Shown here one piece after another: positions 24,415 through 32,626 of a stretch of 64,000 bases of DNA. Both the position numbers and the translations under genes were made by a program. Position 1 is the stretch's first letter. Each line of letters opens with the position of its first letter. Source of the DNA: Escherichia phage SP27; the sequence record LC494302.1; one strand, written 5' to 3'. The notes below the pieces were generated by a model. It worked only from the letters and a program-made list of their open reading frames with translations. It had not been told where the DNA came from and ran no database searches.

Positions 24415-24443
24415 TTGACAAAGTATATCAGTACTGCGATAAT
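24415..24443 (+). promoter_or_regulatory. class II-like promoter
   Basis: TTGACAaagtatatcAGTACTGCGATAAT; downstream variant hairpin GGGCGGCaatggtgcgacGGCCC. Confidence 0.5.
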
Positions 24444-24496
24444 GTATCTCGTAGGGCGGCAATGGTGCGACGGCCCACAAAGTTAGGAGATTCAAA

Positions 24497-24829
24497 ATGA
24501 GTACTTCAATCGCTATCGTTAAAGCTTTCATCCGTACCAATGTTTCATCTGTATTCATCGACGGTATGGATCGGGAAGTAGAATACTCAATCATTATCGC
24601 ACAGACTGCAAACGGTGCTCGGTATATCCTCAATGATAGTGAAGCAAATCACTACTACTTCACTAAAGCTACTGGCTTTAAACGCATCGATGCCGATGTA
24701 GTATACGCTAAGATGAATAAGCTGGTAGACAAGATTAACGCTAAAGGCACTATTGATTTACAGTACTGGACCGAAACCGATCCAGAATATGGATCTCACC
24801 GCTACCTGAATCCAGGTATTAAAATGTAA
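24497..24829 (+). CDS. hypothetical protein
   Basis: 110 aa; AGGAGA RBS. Confidence 0.55.
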   Translation: MSTSIAIVKAFIRTNVSSVFIDGMDREVEYSIIIAQTANGARYILNDSEANHYYFTKATGFKRIDADVVYAKMNKLVDKINAKGTIDLQYWTETDPEYGSHRYLNPGIKM

Positions 24830-24836
24830 AAAGTAC

Positions 24837-24898
24837 TTGCATAGTACTTAGATTCATGTATAATGTTTTACATAGAGAGGGGGAAATGGTTCTCCCTC
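24837..24898 (+). promoter_or_regulatory. class I early promoter plus 5' stem-loop cassette
   Basis: TTGCAT 24837-24842, TATAAT 24859-24864; hairpin GAGGGGGAAatggTTCTCCCTC. Confidence 0.65.
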
Positions 24899-24918
24899 CT
24901 AAATTAAGGAGTTTTATC

Positions 24919-25320
24919 ATGACCTTCTCAATCACTTCCTTCGCTGACGTTTTAGTACTGGCTCGGACTTTTGGTAAAGATGCACTGGAGTACGCTGTAA
25001 GTAATGGCACTATCCAACCGGAACAGTGCCGCATCATTGGAAACTGCAAACGTTGGGCGGTATCCAATACTATTGCACTGGAAAACTTCCACGATGGCAA
25101 CAATGAATATTCTGTTGATGTAGTATTCGAAGCCGTTGATCTCGGCGGTATCTATAATACTAACCTGAATGATGTGCGTATCGTTCGCACGGGGTTCGGT
25201 GCTTATGATGTATCTATCCGTGAAGCTATGAACACCGGATACATTAGCAAGGACTTACTTGCTCACATCATGCAGCTGTGTACGGAACGTAACGAAGCAC
25301 GTACTATCTTAGGGCTGTAA
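24919..25320 (+). CDS. hypothetical protein
   Basis: start at ATG 24919 (MTFSITSF) after AAGGAG. Confidence 0.55.
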   Translation: MTFSITSFADVLVLARTFGKDALEYAVSNGTIQPEQCRIIGNCKRWAVSNTIALENFHDGNNEYSVDVVFEAVDLGGIYNTNLNDVRIVRTGFGAYDVSIREAMNTGYISKDLLAHIMQLCTERNEARTILGL

Positions 25321-25344
25321 GCAATACACATCACCAAACATCAT

Positions 25345-25365
25345 AGGCCGCTCTCTAGCGGCCTT
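25345..25365 (+). terminator. possible terminator hairpin
   Basis: AGGCCGCtctctaGCGGCCT; no clear T-run. Confidence 0.35.
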
Positions 25366-25388
25366 AACTATATCAGGAGTACATACAC

Positions 25389-25598
25389 ATGATCTATACA
25401 GTATACAGCGTCCTAGGCACTATTGCAGGCGTACATGATAACGTCGATAGTGCTATGCGTACAGTACTGCAACAGGTTCCACTAAAGCCTAAGACCATTA
25501 AGCAGATGACAGCACGACTAACCAGGGCGACCGATGGCGTGGAAGTATGGCAGGACTACGGGGATACACAGATAATCGTTAGCGTAACGAAGGATTAA
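25389..25598 (+). CDS. hypothetical protein
   Basis: 69 aa; AGGAG RBS. Confidence 0.55.
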   Translation: MIYTVYSVLGTIAGVHDNVDSAMRTVLQQVPLKPKTIKQMTARLTRATDGVEVWQDYGDTQIIVSVTKD

Positions 25599-25626
25599 TG
25601 CGTAAAGGGATCTAGTACTGATTCAG

Positions 25627-25692
25627 AAAAAAGTCAAGGCGTTTTTAAAATTATGCGTTAAAAAAATGCATAGGTAATCCCTTGACTTTTTT
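25627..25692. terminator. long imperfect hairpin, possible bidirectional terminator
   Basis: AAAAAAGTCAAGG ... CCTTGACTTTTTT arms enclosing about 40 nt, at the boundary before family B array. Confidence 0.45.
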
Positions 25693-25789
25693 GAAATAAA
25701 AGGGATTGGACTATGGCAAAATGCGTAGGGGGCTAAAGGGCGGGTAACCTTAGCGACTTCGATAAAGGGGTATTACGAATAAAATGTTA

Positions 25790-25818
25790 TTGATTTTTTA
25801 TACGAATCGTATATTATA
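25790..25818 (+). promoter_or_regulatory. putative promoter for family B array
   Basis: TTGATT then about 17 bp then TATATTAT; GGAG RBS before ATG 25848. Confidence 0.4.
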
Positions 25819-25847
25819 GGATTGATATTATTTTTAATGGAGTCCCT

Positions 25848-26045
25848 ATGCGTATTTTAACTAAAGAACAGCACCACGAAAGACTTATCAATAACATGGC
25901 TATGATAATGTATAAGTCCCATGACCGTGGTATTGCCTATAAGCGTGAATTAATTATGGCACTATTCATTGGAACTAACTTTCAGGAAAGGTATGTCAAC
26001 GATTGGATTTGGTATTTAATTGAAGATATAACGAGTAAACTATGA
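25848..26045 (+). CDS. hypothetical small protein, paralog family B
   Basis: motif FIGTNFQERYVNDWIWYLIEDI. Confidence 0.6.
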   Translation: MRILTKEQHHERLINNMAMIMYKSHDRGIAYKRELIMALFIGTNFQERYVNDWIWYLIEDITSKL

Positions 26046-26242
26046 AAATGCGTATTTTAAATAAAGAAGAATATCAATCACTGTTACGTAAAAACTTCAC
26101 AAAGATTTATAATACAGACACACACGTAGAACGAATGGAGTTATACCTTTTGATTACTTTGGGAACTAACTATCAGGAAAGATGGGTGATTCAATATATG
26201 GATACATTGAAAAATAAAATATTGTCCACGAGGAAACAATGA
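26042..26242 (+). CDS. hypothetical small protein, paralog family B
   Basis: motif LGTNYQERWV; ATGA overlap. Confidence 0.6.
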   Translation: MKMRILNKEEYQSLLRKNFTKIYNTDTHVERMELYLLITLGTNYQERWVIQYMDTLKNKILSTRKQ

Positions 26243-26448
26243 AAACTATAACACGAACCCAATCATACGGTCTTATCTTGAAATACATGGACTTAATGGT
26301 GGATATCAGCAAAGACCTTCCTAAAACTGAAATTGAAGTTGCAAGAGCAGAGATCCGCATGTTGGCTGTACTGAACACAAACCATCAGGAAGATTATGTT
26401 GAAGAATGGATTCGATTTTTAATTCAAGATATAAAGAGTAAATTATGA
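26239..26448 (+). CDS. hypothetical small protein, paralog family B
   Basis: motif LNTNHQEDYVEEWIRFLIQDI. Confidence 0.6.
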   Translation: MKTITRTQSYGLILKYMDLMVDISKDLPKTEIEVARAEIRMLAVLNTNHQEDYVEEWIRFLIQDIKSKL

Positions 26449-26657
26449 TTTTTTTAACACCAGAAGAATATAAGAAACGTTTCAATTCCGCACAGGGTGA
26501 AATCTTACTTATATACCTTTCAAATGCAGACCTTAACTTATCAAGGGTATTAGAAAAAGATTTACTTATGGGTGCATTCCTTGATACAGACTTTCAGGTG
26601 TATTATGTAGGGGAATACTTAATTGCACTCCAGAATTACATTAAGAGTAAACTATGA
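26445..26657 (+). CDS. hypothetical small protein, paralog family B
   Basis: motif LDTDFQVYYVGEYLIALQNYIKSKL. Confidence 0.6.
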   Translation: MIFLTPEEYKKRFNSAQGEILLIYLSNADLNLSRVLEKDLLMGAFLDTDFQVYYVGEYLIALQNYIKSKL

Positions 26658-26866
26658 ATAGCATTAACTCAAATCTATATACCGAACGCGTCGCGGCCAG
26701 ACAACTTGAAATTCTCATAGTATATGAAGAGACTGATGATTTAAACTTAGCATTAGTATTGGAAAATGATATACTATTGGGTGCATTCCTCGGCACAGAC
26801 TATCAGGAGCACTTCTTGAATGAGTATATAATTGCACTCCAGAAATACATTAAGAGCAAACTATGA
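26654..26866 (+). CDS. hypothetical small protein, paralog family B
   Basis: motif LGTDYQEHFLNEYIIALQKYIKSKL. Confidence 0.6.
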   Translation: MNSINSNLYTERVAARQLEILIVYEETDDLNLALVLENDILLGAFLGTDYQEHFLNEYIIALQKYIKSKL

Positions 26867-27081
26867 AACATTTAAGTAATTACGAGAAGAATAAAATTAT
26901 CGTTGCTGCAATAAACAAATATTTTACACTTCCTCACACAGAAGGTTTATGTGTAAGGGAACACAGGATAAACACCACCGATATACGCATGATGGCTGTA
27001 CTGGGGACGAACTTTCAGGAAGAGTATGTTGTTGCACACATAGTTGCCCTCACTGATCTAATAAGGGACAAATGTAAATGA
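26863..27081 (+). CDS. hypothetical small protein, paralog family B
   Basis: motif LGTNFQEEYV. Confidence 0.6.
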   Translation: MKHLSNYEKNKIIVAAINKYFTLPHTEGLCVREHRINTTDIRMMAVLGTNFQEEYVVAHIVALTDLIRDKCK

Positions 27082-27335
27082 AACACTTAACTGATGATGA
27101 ATTTGAAACTATAATTCGTAAACTAACCCCCATCACAAGGATAGTCTACGGTGACCCCAGCCTTACATGGAACCAAATGCGAGCTAAAGTTAATGAGCTA
27201 TGGTTGCTGTACTTTATGGGGACTCAATATCAAGATAAGTTTTGCACAGAATATATCGAACAATTAACGAATGTTATACAGGATAAACTAGATGATTATT
27301 TGCTCACAAAACATGAAGACTTTATCAGGAGTTGA
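27078..27335 (+). CDS. hypothetical small protein, paralog family B
   Basis: motif MGTQYQDKF. Confidence 0.6.
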   Translation: MKHLTDDEFETIIRKLTPITRIVYGDPSLTWNQMRAKVNELWLLYFMGTQYQDKFCTEYIEQLTNVIQDKLDDYLLTKHEDFIRS

Positions 27336-27564
27336 GTATCAAACTGCCCTATTCTCTTTAATCCATGCCCTTAGAAAAAACAATGCCTTATATGGTGCAC
27401 CTGAAGTGGATGTTATCAACGGTGAACTTTATCTTATGAAATTCATTGGAACAAACTATCAAGATCTGTTCATTCAACGATACTTATCAGCATTAAGAAA
27501 CCAAATCCAATATAAAACCATCAAGGCCAAAAAAGAATGGAATAAACAATGCGACACAGACTAA
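27313..27564 (+). CDS. hypothetical small protein, paralog family B
   Basis: motif IGTNYQDLF; start uncertain (track 27292, ATG 27313 also possible). Confidence 0.5.
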   Translation: MKTLSGVEYQTALFSLIHALRKNNALYGAPEVDVINGELYLMKFIGTNYQDLFIQRYLSALRNQIQYKTIKAKKEWNKQCDTD

Positions 27565-27797
27565 ATCACAAAATGTATTGTAAACTATTGCAGACATTGG
27601 CACAGAAACACTATGACACGGTATCTGGAATATTACCCTATGATATCATGCGTTTACTTCACTGTGAGGCCGAGATGCTTGTACTGATGACAGGCACTGA
27701 TAAAAACGCAATTGCCAAATCAATAGATATGTTCATCGAAGCACACTGCCAACACATGAGAACCGAAATCTGGAGGAAAGAGAATGATAATCCTTAA
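27549..27797 (+). CDS. hypothetical small protein, paralog family B (divergent)
   Basis: degenerate motif MTGTDKNAIAKSIDMFIEAH. Confidence 0.5.
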   Translation: MRHRLNHKMYCKLLQTLAQKHYDTVSGILPYDIMRLLHCEAEMLVLMTGTDKNAIAKSIDMFIEAHCQHMRTEIWRKENDNP

Positions 27798-27999
27798 TGA
27801 GTATCAGTATCATTGGAGGTTACAAACTATCAAATCAAAAGTGTATAGTATTGTGTTAAACAAATCTATTGCACAAGAGGACAAATGTGTTATAATAGCT
27901 GAAATGAAGTTGGGTGTATTCGTAGGGACAAACTATCAAAACATCTACACTGACGTATTGTTAAGTGCCTTACGTAACAAGGTGGTATCCAAAATATGA
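27784..27999 (+). CDS. hypothetical small protein, paralog family B
   Basis: motif VGTNYQNIY. Confidence 0.6.
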   Translation: MIILNEYQYHWRLQTIKSKVYSIVLNKSIAQEDKCVIIAEMKLGVFVGTNYQNIYTDVLLSALRNKVVSKI

Positions 28000-28214
28000 G
28001 AAATTTACAAGGCTTTGAATACATCAGACTCCTGAAAACATGTGGAAGCAGAAGGAGAATGATATCAAGCGATAAGAGCATCCAAGCTAACCTTAAGCAC
28101 GCACTAGTAACTGAACTCTATGTAGGTGCACTCTTAGGCACAAACTATCAACAAATGTATGTAGATCTATGGATTGACGCTCTACAGAAAGAGGTTAAAA
28201 GTAAATGCAAATGA
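27996..28214 (+). CDS. hypothetical small protein, paralog family B
   Basis: motif LGTNYQQMYV. Confidence 0.6.
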   Translation: MRNLQGFEYIRLLKTCGSRRRMISSDKSIQANLKHALVTELYVGALLGTNYQQMYVDLWIDALQKEVKSKCK

Positions 28215-28423
28215 TTAATTTAAGTAAAGACGAATTTTATGTTATACTGGCGAAAACTTATCCAGCACGTAAGGCCGTTTATGATAGTCACATTATTGAA
28301 CCCTCAAAGAAGTTGATTTTAGTAAATGAGATAAAGATGCTTTCAGTCTTAGGAACAAACTATCAAGAGAATGCTGTACTGATGTTAATTGATGCCCTCC
28401 AGAGAGAGGTTAAACGTAAATGA
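28205..28423 (+). CDS. hypothetical small protein, paralog family B
   Basis: motif LGTNYQENAV. Confidence 0.6.
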   Translation: MQMINLSKDEFYVILAKTYPARKAVYDSHIIEPSKKLILVNEIKMLSVLGTNYQENAVLMLIDALQREVKRK

Positions 28424-28650
28424 AAATGATTAATTTAACTTACCATGAATATCAAAAACGTTTAAATGCATCCAGAGATATAAGGATTCAAATATTCAAT
28501 AACAAAAAATTGAAACCTGATACCAGAAGAATCAAAATCATAGAAGCCGTGTTGTGTAACTTCCTAGGGACTAACTATCAGGAAGGTAAGGTAGAAAACT
28601 ATCTTATAGAACTCATGAATAGTATTGAAAATAAATGTAAGGGTAATTAA
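28420..28650 (+). CDS. hypothetical small protein, paralog family B
   Basis: motif LGTNYQEGKV; C-terminal ...SIENKCKGN. Confidence 0.6.
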   Translation: MKMINLTYHEYQKRLNASRDIRIQIFNNKKLKPDTRRIKIIEAVLCNFLGTNYQEGKVENYLIELMNSIENKCKGN

Positions 28651-28651
28651 C

Positions 28652-28891
28652 ATGAAAATGATTAAATTATCTCAAGCAAAATATAAAGAACGCCTGGTAA
28701 AAATTGCACCTGGACTTAATGAAATCCATCACGGAGAAGTCATTAAACACGGAAATAAGATGATTATGAAACTTGAGTTAAAGGTGGGTGCATTCATAGG
28801 AACAAACTATCAGGAGTATTATGTAGATGAATACATAATCGCACTTAAGAGATACATTGGAAGAAAACTATATCTACAAACTAAAGAATAG
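28652..28891 (+). CDS. hypothetical small protein, paralog family B
   Basis: start at ATG 28652 (MKMIKLSQ); motif IGTNYQEYYV. Confidence 0.6.
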   Translation: MKMIKLSQAKYKERLVKIAPGLNEIHHGEVIKHGNKMIMKLELKVGAFIGTNYQEYYVDEYIIALKRYIGRKLYLQTKE

Positions 28892-28920
28892 TATTGAAAA
28901 TAAATGTAAGGGTAATTAAC

Positions 28921-29184
28921 ATGCAAATGATCAATTTAAGTAAAGATGAATATACCGAGCGTATGACAAAAATTACGCACAAACGTAATACAATCTATCA
29001 CAACCCAGAAATTCAACACAGTAAGAAAATGATTATGATGCGTGAGTTAAAGATGGGTGTATTCTTAGGAACAAACTATCAAGATACAGAAGTAAATCGC
29101 TTAATCGCGGAGTTACTACTGGAAATCAGAGGTAAGCTGTACTTTCATCAAATGACCCAACCACTGAGGTGTACTGATCGATGA
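28921..29184 (+). CDS. hypothetical small protein, paralog family B (recent duplicate)
   Basis: start at ATG 28921 (MQMINLSKDEY); preceded by a 38-nt exact copy of the 28420 gene end. Confidence 0.6.
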   Translation: MQMINLSKDEYTERMTKITHKRNTIYHNPEIQHSKKMIMMRELKMGVFLGTNYQDTEVNRLIAELLLEIRGKLYFHQMTQPLRCTDR

Positions 29185-29432
29185 ATGCGATGAATATTGT
29201 GAATAACATCAGATTAGCAGAAAGATTTGATAGAATTGGGGAAGCACTGAGAAGATACGATAAAGAATATGGTCATTTGAGCTTTTCTATAGAAAAGAGA
29301 TATGAACTTGAAGCAGAGTTTAAAATGCAGAGTCTCTTAGGCACACAGTATCAAAACCAATATATTCAAACTTGGATTGATTGTTTAATCCAGACAATTT
29401 ACGTAAGAAACATTAAATGCAAAATGAAATGA
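29181..29432 (+). CDS. hypothetical small protein, paralog family B
   Basis: motif LGTQYQNQYI. Confidence 0.6.
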   Translation: MNAMNIVNNIRLAERFDRIGEALRRYDKEYGHLSFSIEKRYELEAEFKMQSLLGTQYQNQYIQTWIDCLIQTIYVRNIKCKMK

Positions 29433-29671
29433 TATACTTAACACATGATGAGTTAACAGAAAGACTAGATAAATCCAAAAGACTTACAAATAAACTTCCT
29501 CACAACACAAATCAAACCCCAGCAGAAAGGAGTGCAGAAGTTTTATTCCAAAGATTACCATACCTTCTTGGAACTGATAGGCAAGAGTATCACATTGAAC
29601 GTATAATTAAATATCTCAAAATTACTATTAAGGAAAAAGTAAATGCAAATGAAATACTTAACAGACGATGA
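29417..29671 (+). CDS. hypothetical small protein, paralog family B
   Basis: motif LGTDRQEYHIERIIKYLKITIKEK; close paralog of next gene. Confidence 0.6.
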   Translation: MQNEMIYLTHDELTERLDKSKRLTNKLPHNTNQTPAERSAEVLFQRLPYLLGTDRQEYHIERIIKYLKITIKEKVNANEILNRR

Positions 29672-29894
29672 GTTAAAAGAACGACTAATTAAATCCAGAA
29701 AACTTACAAATCAACTTCCAAACGACACAAACAAGTCACATGCCGAAAGGAGTGCAGAAGTTTTATACATTCAACTCATGTACTTTCTTGGCACTGACAG
29801 ACAAGAGTATTACATTGAAAGTATGCTTCGATATCTTAAATTCTCTATAAAGGAAAAGATACATGCTCAAGAATTTAAAAATCCTAACAGTTAA
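29643..29894 (+). CDS. hypothetical small protein, paralog family B
   Basis: motif LGTDRQEYYIESMLRYLKFSIKEK. Confidence 0.6.
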   Translation: MQMKYLTDDELKERLIKSRKLTNQLPNDTNKSHAERSAEVLYIQLMYFLGTDRQEYYIESMLRYLKFSIKEKIHAQEFKNPNS

Positions 29895-30105
29895 TGAATA
29901 TCATACGATTGTAATGAAAACTAATAGTGCAATTTCTAAAAAATCAAACCCCAAGTACATACTGGAACACACATTTGAAGAACGTCAATTAGCTTTAGTT
30001 GAAGCAAAACTTCTTGCACTCCTAGGGACTAACTATCAAGAAGAATACATCAGAAAACTAATATACCTTTTAACTAAACATATAAGAAAAAGAAAAAATG
30101 CATGA
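29863..30105 (+). CDS. hypothetical small protein, paralog family B
   Basis: motif LGTNYQEEYI. Confidence 0.6.
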   Translation: MLKNLKILTVNEYHTIVMKTNSAISKKSNPKYILEHTFEERQLALVEAKLLALLGTNYQEEYIRKLIYLLTKHIRKRKNA

Positions 30106-30332
30106 AACACTTGACAGATGATGAACATGGGCTTATAGTAATGGATGTAATCAACATCGAATACAAAAAGTTGATACGCTACCGTTGTTATGAAGATAAG
30201 CAACTCGTTCTAGCAGAACAGAAGTTGTTTCGACTCTTAAACACAAACTTCCAAGCACAATACGAAGAATCGTATATGTACCTTTTGGCGAGGAAAGCAA
30301 AAAGAGATTATGAAAATTTTAAGCAAAGGTGA
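30102..30332 (+). CDS. hypothetical small protein, paralog family B
   Basis: motif LNTNFQAQY. Confidence 0.55.
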   Translation: MKHLTDDEHGLIVMDVINIEYKKLIRYRCYEDKQLVLAEQKLFRLLNTNFQAQYEESYMYLLARKAKRDYENFKQR

Positions 30333-30525
30333 TTCAGTAATATTACTTATAGAGAGTTCAAGTAAATTCTTAAACATAACACTGTCTGATATAGATGAAG
30401 ATGACAAAGAAGTACTGAGAGCAGATTTAAGAGTACTGTTACATATCGGAACAAACCTACAAGAAGAATATGTAGAATGCTACATCAATGAACTTAAAGA
30501 ATCAGTACTGAGAAAATGCAAATGA
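30310..30525 (+). CDS. hypothetical small protein, paralog family B
   Basis: motif IGTNLQEEYV. Confidence 0.6.
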   Translation: MKILSKGDSVILLIESSSKFLNITLSDIDEDDKEVLRADLRVLLHIGTNLQEEYVECYINELKESVLRKCK

Positions 30526-30743
30526 AAATCATTACCGATGCAGAATACCTAACAATCATAAATGGACTGTTTTTGAAGCTCTTCGTCATTAACACATCAG
30601 ATATACCAGATATGGATAAAATTATTAAGAGAAATGAAGTCTATGTTCTAGCTACCCTTGGAACGAACTATCAAGAACACGACATTAAAGATTATATTAA
30701 TACACTTAAACGAGCGATTGAACTAAAATGCCAAAACCACTAG
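30516..30743 (+). CDS. hypothetical small protein, paralog family B
   Basis: motif LGTNYQEHDI. Confidence 0.6.
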   Translation: MQMKIITDAEYLTIINGLFLKLFVINTSDIPDMDKIIKRNEVYVLATLGTNYQEHDIKDYINTLKRAIELKCQNH

Positions 30744-30943
30744 GAACAGCAGAATACATTGAACTAATGGCATTACACTTCTCATCCTTTCAGAAACTTA
30801 GGCGAGAATCAAAGAATGATTTAGAATATACCATCAGAGGTTCCGATTTAAGAATGCTTCTCACCCTAGACACAGATTCCCAAGAGCGATTTGTCAATGA
30901 GCATATTAGAGCACTTTTAATGGAAATTCAAAGTAAACTATGA
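30728..30943 (+). CDS. hypothetical small protein, paralog family B
   Basis: motif LDTDSQERFV. Confidence 0.55.
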   Translation: MPKPLGTAEYIELMALHFSSFQKLRRESKNDLEYTIRGSDLRMLLTLDTDSQERFVNEHIRALLMEIQSKL

Positions 30944-31155
30944 AGATAATATCAAACCAAGAGTACTTGGCACTATTCAGGAAGAATAATCACAAATATA
31001 TGGCACTTGATTCAAGAACTGATATAAGTGAACTTGAAAAAAATCTTTTGCGTTCAGAGATGATAGTACTGACACTCTTAGGAACACAGCATCAAGAGAG
31101 AACTGTTAATTCACACATAGGTATTCTTATACAGATTGTACTGGAAAAGATATGA
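30940..31155 (+). CDS. hypothetical small protein, paralog family B
   Basis: motif LGTQHQERTV. Confidence 0.6.
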   Translation: MKIISNQEYLALFRKNNHKYMALDSRTDISELEKNLLRSEMIVLTLLGTQHQERTVNSHIGILIQIVLEKI

Positions 31156-31373
31156 GAATCATAACACAACAAGATATTCTTAAGTTCACAAGGGTTCATG
31201 CATCTGAATTTGATGCTATATTATCAAAAAGTTACAACAACCCTTATACAGAAGATGTACATTACAGTGAATTATGGATGTATATACTTTTAGGTACAAA
31301 TAAACAAGAGCAAGCAGTACAGAAGTATTTGACAGCTTTACGTGATGCTACTGCTAATGGAGTATGTGTTTAA
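31152..31373 (+). CDS. hypothetical small protein, paralog family B
   Basis: motif LGTNKQEQAV. Confidence 0.6.
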   Translation: MRIITQQDILKFTRVHASEFDAILSKSYNNPYTEDVHYSELWMYILLGTNKQEQAVQKYLTALRDATANGVCV

Positions 31374-31374
31374 T

Positions 31375-31617
31375 ATGAAAGTACTGACAGAACTAGAAAT
31401 GTATCATAGATTTAATAAGTACTATCATTTACTTAAGCCTATACAGAGGATTAAATGTCCATTTGAAGAGAAACAGGTTTTAATCTATGAGCACAAGTTC
31501 TTTGTATCATTAGGTACAGATCAACAAGAGTACTATTTGACGTTGTACTTGATTACATTAATAGATTTAATTCACTATAAAACAAAACAAGCTAATAAAG
31601 AGAAATATGAAAACTAA
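31375..31617 (+). CDS. hypothetical small protein, paralog family B
   Basis: start at ATG 31375 (MKVLTELEMY); motif LGTDQQEYYL. Confidence 0.55.
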   Translation: MKVLTELEMYHRFNKYYHLLKPIQRIKCPFEEKQVLIYEHKFFVSLGTDQQEYYLTLYLITLIDLIHYKTKQANKEKYEN

Positions 31618-31951
31618 TATACAACTCAAGGTATATAAATCATTTGAACATACATATATCAAAAGTAGTCTATGTAGAGATGTAATGGATTACAAGGGTA
31701 AGCCATTCACAATTACCTATGATTCTTATGTTAGTGATTTATATATATCATTTGTTAATTACGAAAATAAAATATACAAGCACGTTGATATTAAAGATTT
31801 AAGTACTTTATCTGAAGAGGAATACTTTCAGGAATCATTAGTATGGGATTTAGAGTTTCCTATGCCATTAGTACATAAGATGATAGTACTAATGAAAGAA
31901 TCTAAACAGGAGCCTAATGGTGATTATGAAGAACACACAGTTGAGTATTAA
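31607..31951 (+). CDS. hypothetical protein, paralog family C
   Basis: motif EEEYFQESLVWD. Confidence 0.6.
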   Translation: MKTNIQLKVYKSFEHTYIKSSLCRDVMDYKGKPFTITYDSYVSDLYISFVNYENKIYKHVDIKDLSTLSEEEYFQESLVWDLEFPMPLVHKMIVLMKESKQEPNGDYEEHTVEY

Positions 31952-32321
31952 AAGTACTGATAATATTAAGAGTTATACAAGCTCAAGTACTGTGACAATC
32001 GAAGTGAATTCTCTTAATGCTGGTAATACAGTAGATAAGTTCTTTATTGCTCAAGGGTACAGGAAAGATATTCATCAATATTGTTCAGTATATGGGGAGT
32101 ACAATAGTACTGAAGATATAATTTATTGGTCAACACATCAAGATTATCTAACTAAAATTGGCGTTCCAGATGTTAGTACTTTATCTGAAGAAGAATACTT
32201 TCAGTACAGCTTAGTACATGATTTACATATACCTTTAGGGTTAATCAAGGGTATGCAGGAAGAGGTTCATAAGCTTAAATCCATGAGTAAAGGTACTTTC
32301 ATTAGAACAGTGCAATACTAG
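31917..32321 (+). CDS. hypothetical protein, paralog family C
   Basis: motif EEEYFQYSLVHD; start uncertain (overlaps previous gene). Confidence 0.5.
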   Translation: MVIMKNTQLSIKSTDNIKSYTSSSTVTIEVNSLNAGNTVDKFFIAQGYRKDIHQYCSVYGEYNSTEDIIYWSTHQDYLTKIGVPDVSTLSEEEYFQYSLVHDLHIPLGLIKGMQEEVHKLKSMSKGTFIRTVQY

Positions 32322-32322
32322 C

Positions 32323-32351
32323 TTGACAGTACTTTTCTTTAGTGCTATAGT
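32323..32351 (+). promoter_or_regulatory. internal sigma70-like promoter
   Basis: TTGACAgtacttttctttagtgcTATAGT. Confidence 0.55.
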
Positions 32352-32380
32352 ACCTGTACGTTAATCATAGGGTAGAAATT

Positions 32381-32626
32381 ATGTTAAATTTTTTAAATTT
32401 TCTTATCGTCTTGTGTATTGTTCTTGGGATTGCACCATTTGTATTGTATTTCATGGATTCAGATGAAATGCAGAAGATGAATTGCACAAGGACAGGACAG
32501 AGTAGAGTAGAGACGATTCTTATGCCTGTTACGGTTATTGTTAACAACATGCCCATTACGAACATGGTCCCTACCCTAACGACAACGTACCAGTACTCTT
32601 GTACAGACGGAGAGAGGTGGAGATGA
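32381..32626 (+). CDS. small membrane protein (predicted N-terminal transmembrane helix)
   Basis: N-term MLNFLNFLIVLCIVLGIAPFVLYFM is hydrophobic; downstream of internal promoter. Confidence 0.45.
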   Translation: MLNFLNFLIVLCIVLGIAPFVLYFMDSDEMQKMNCTRTGQSRVETILMPVTVIVNNMPITNMVPTLTTTYQYSCTDGERWR

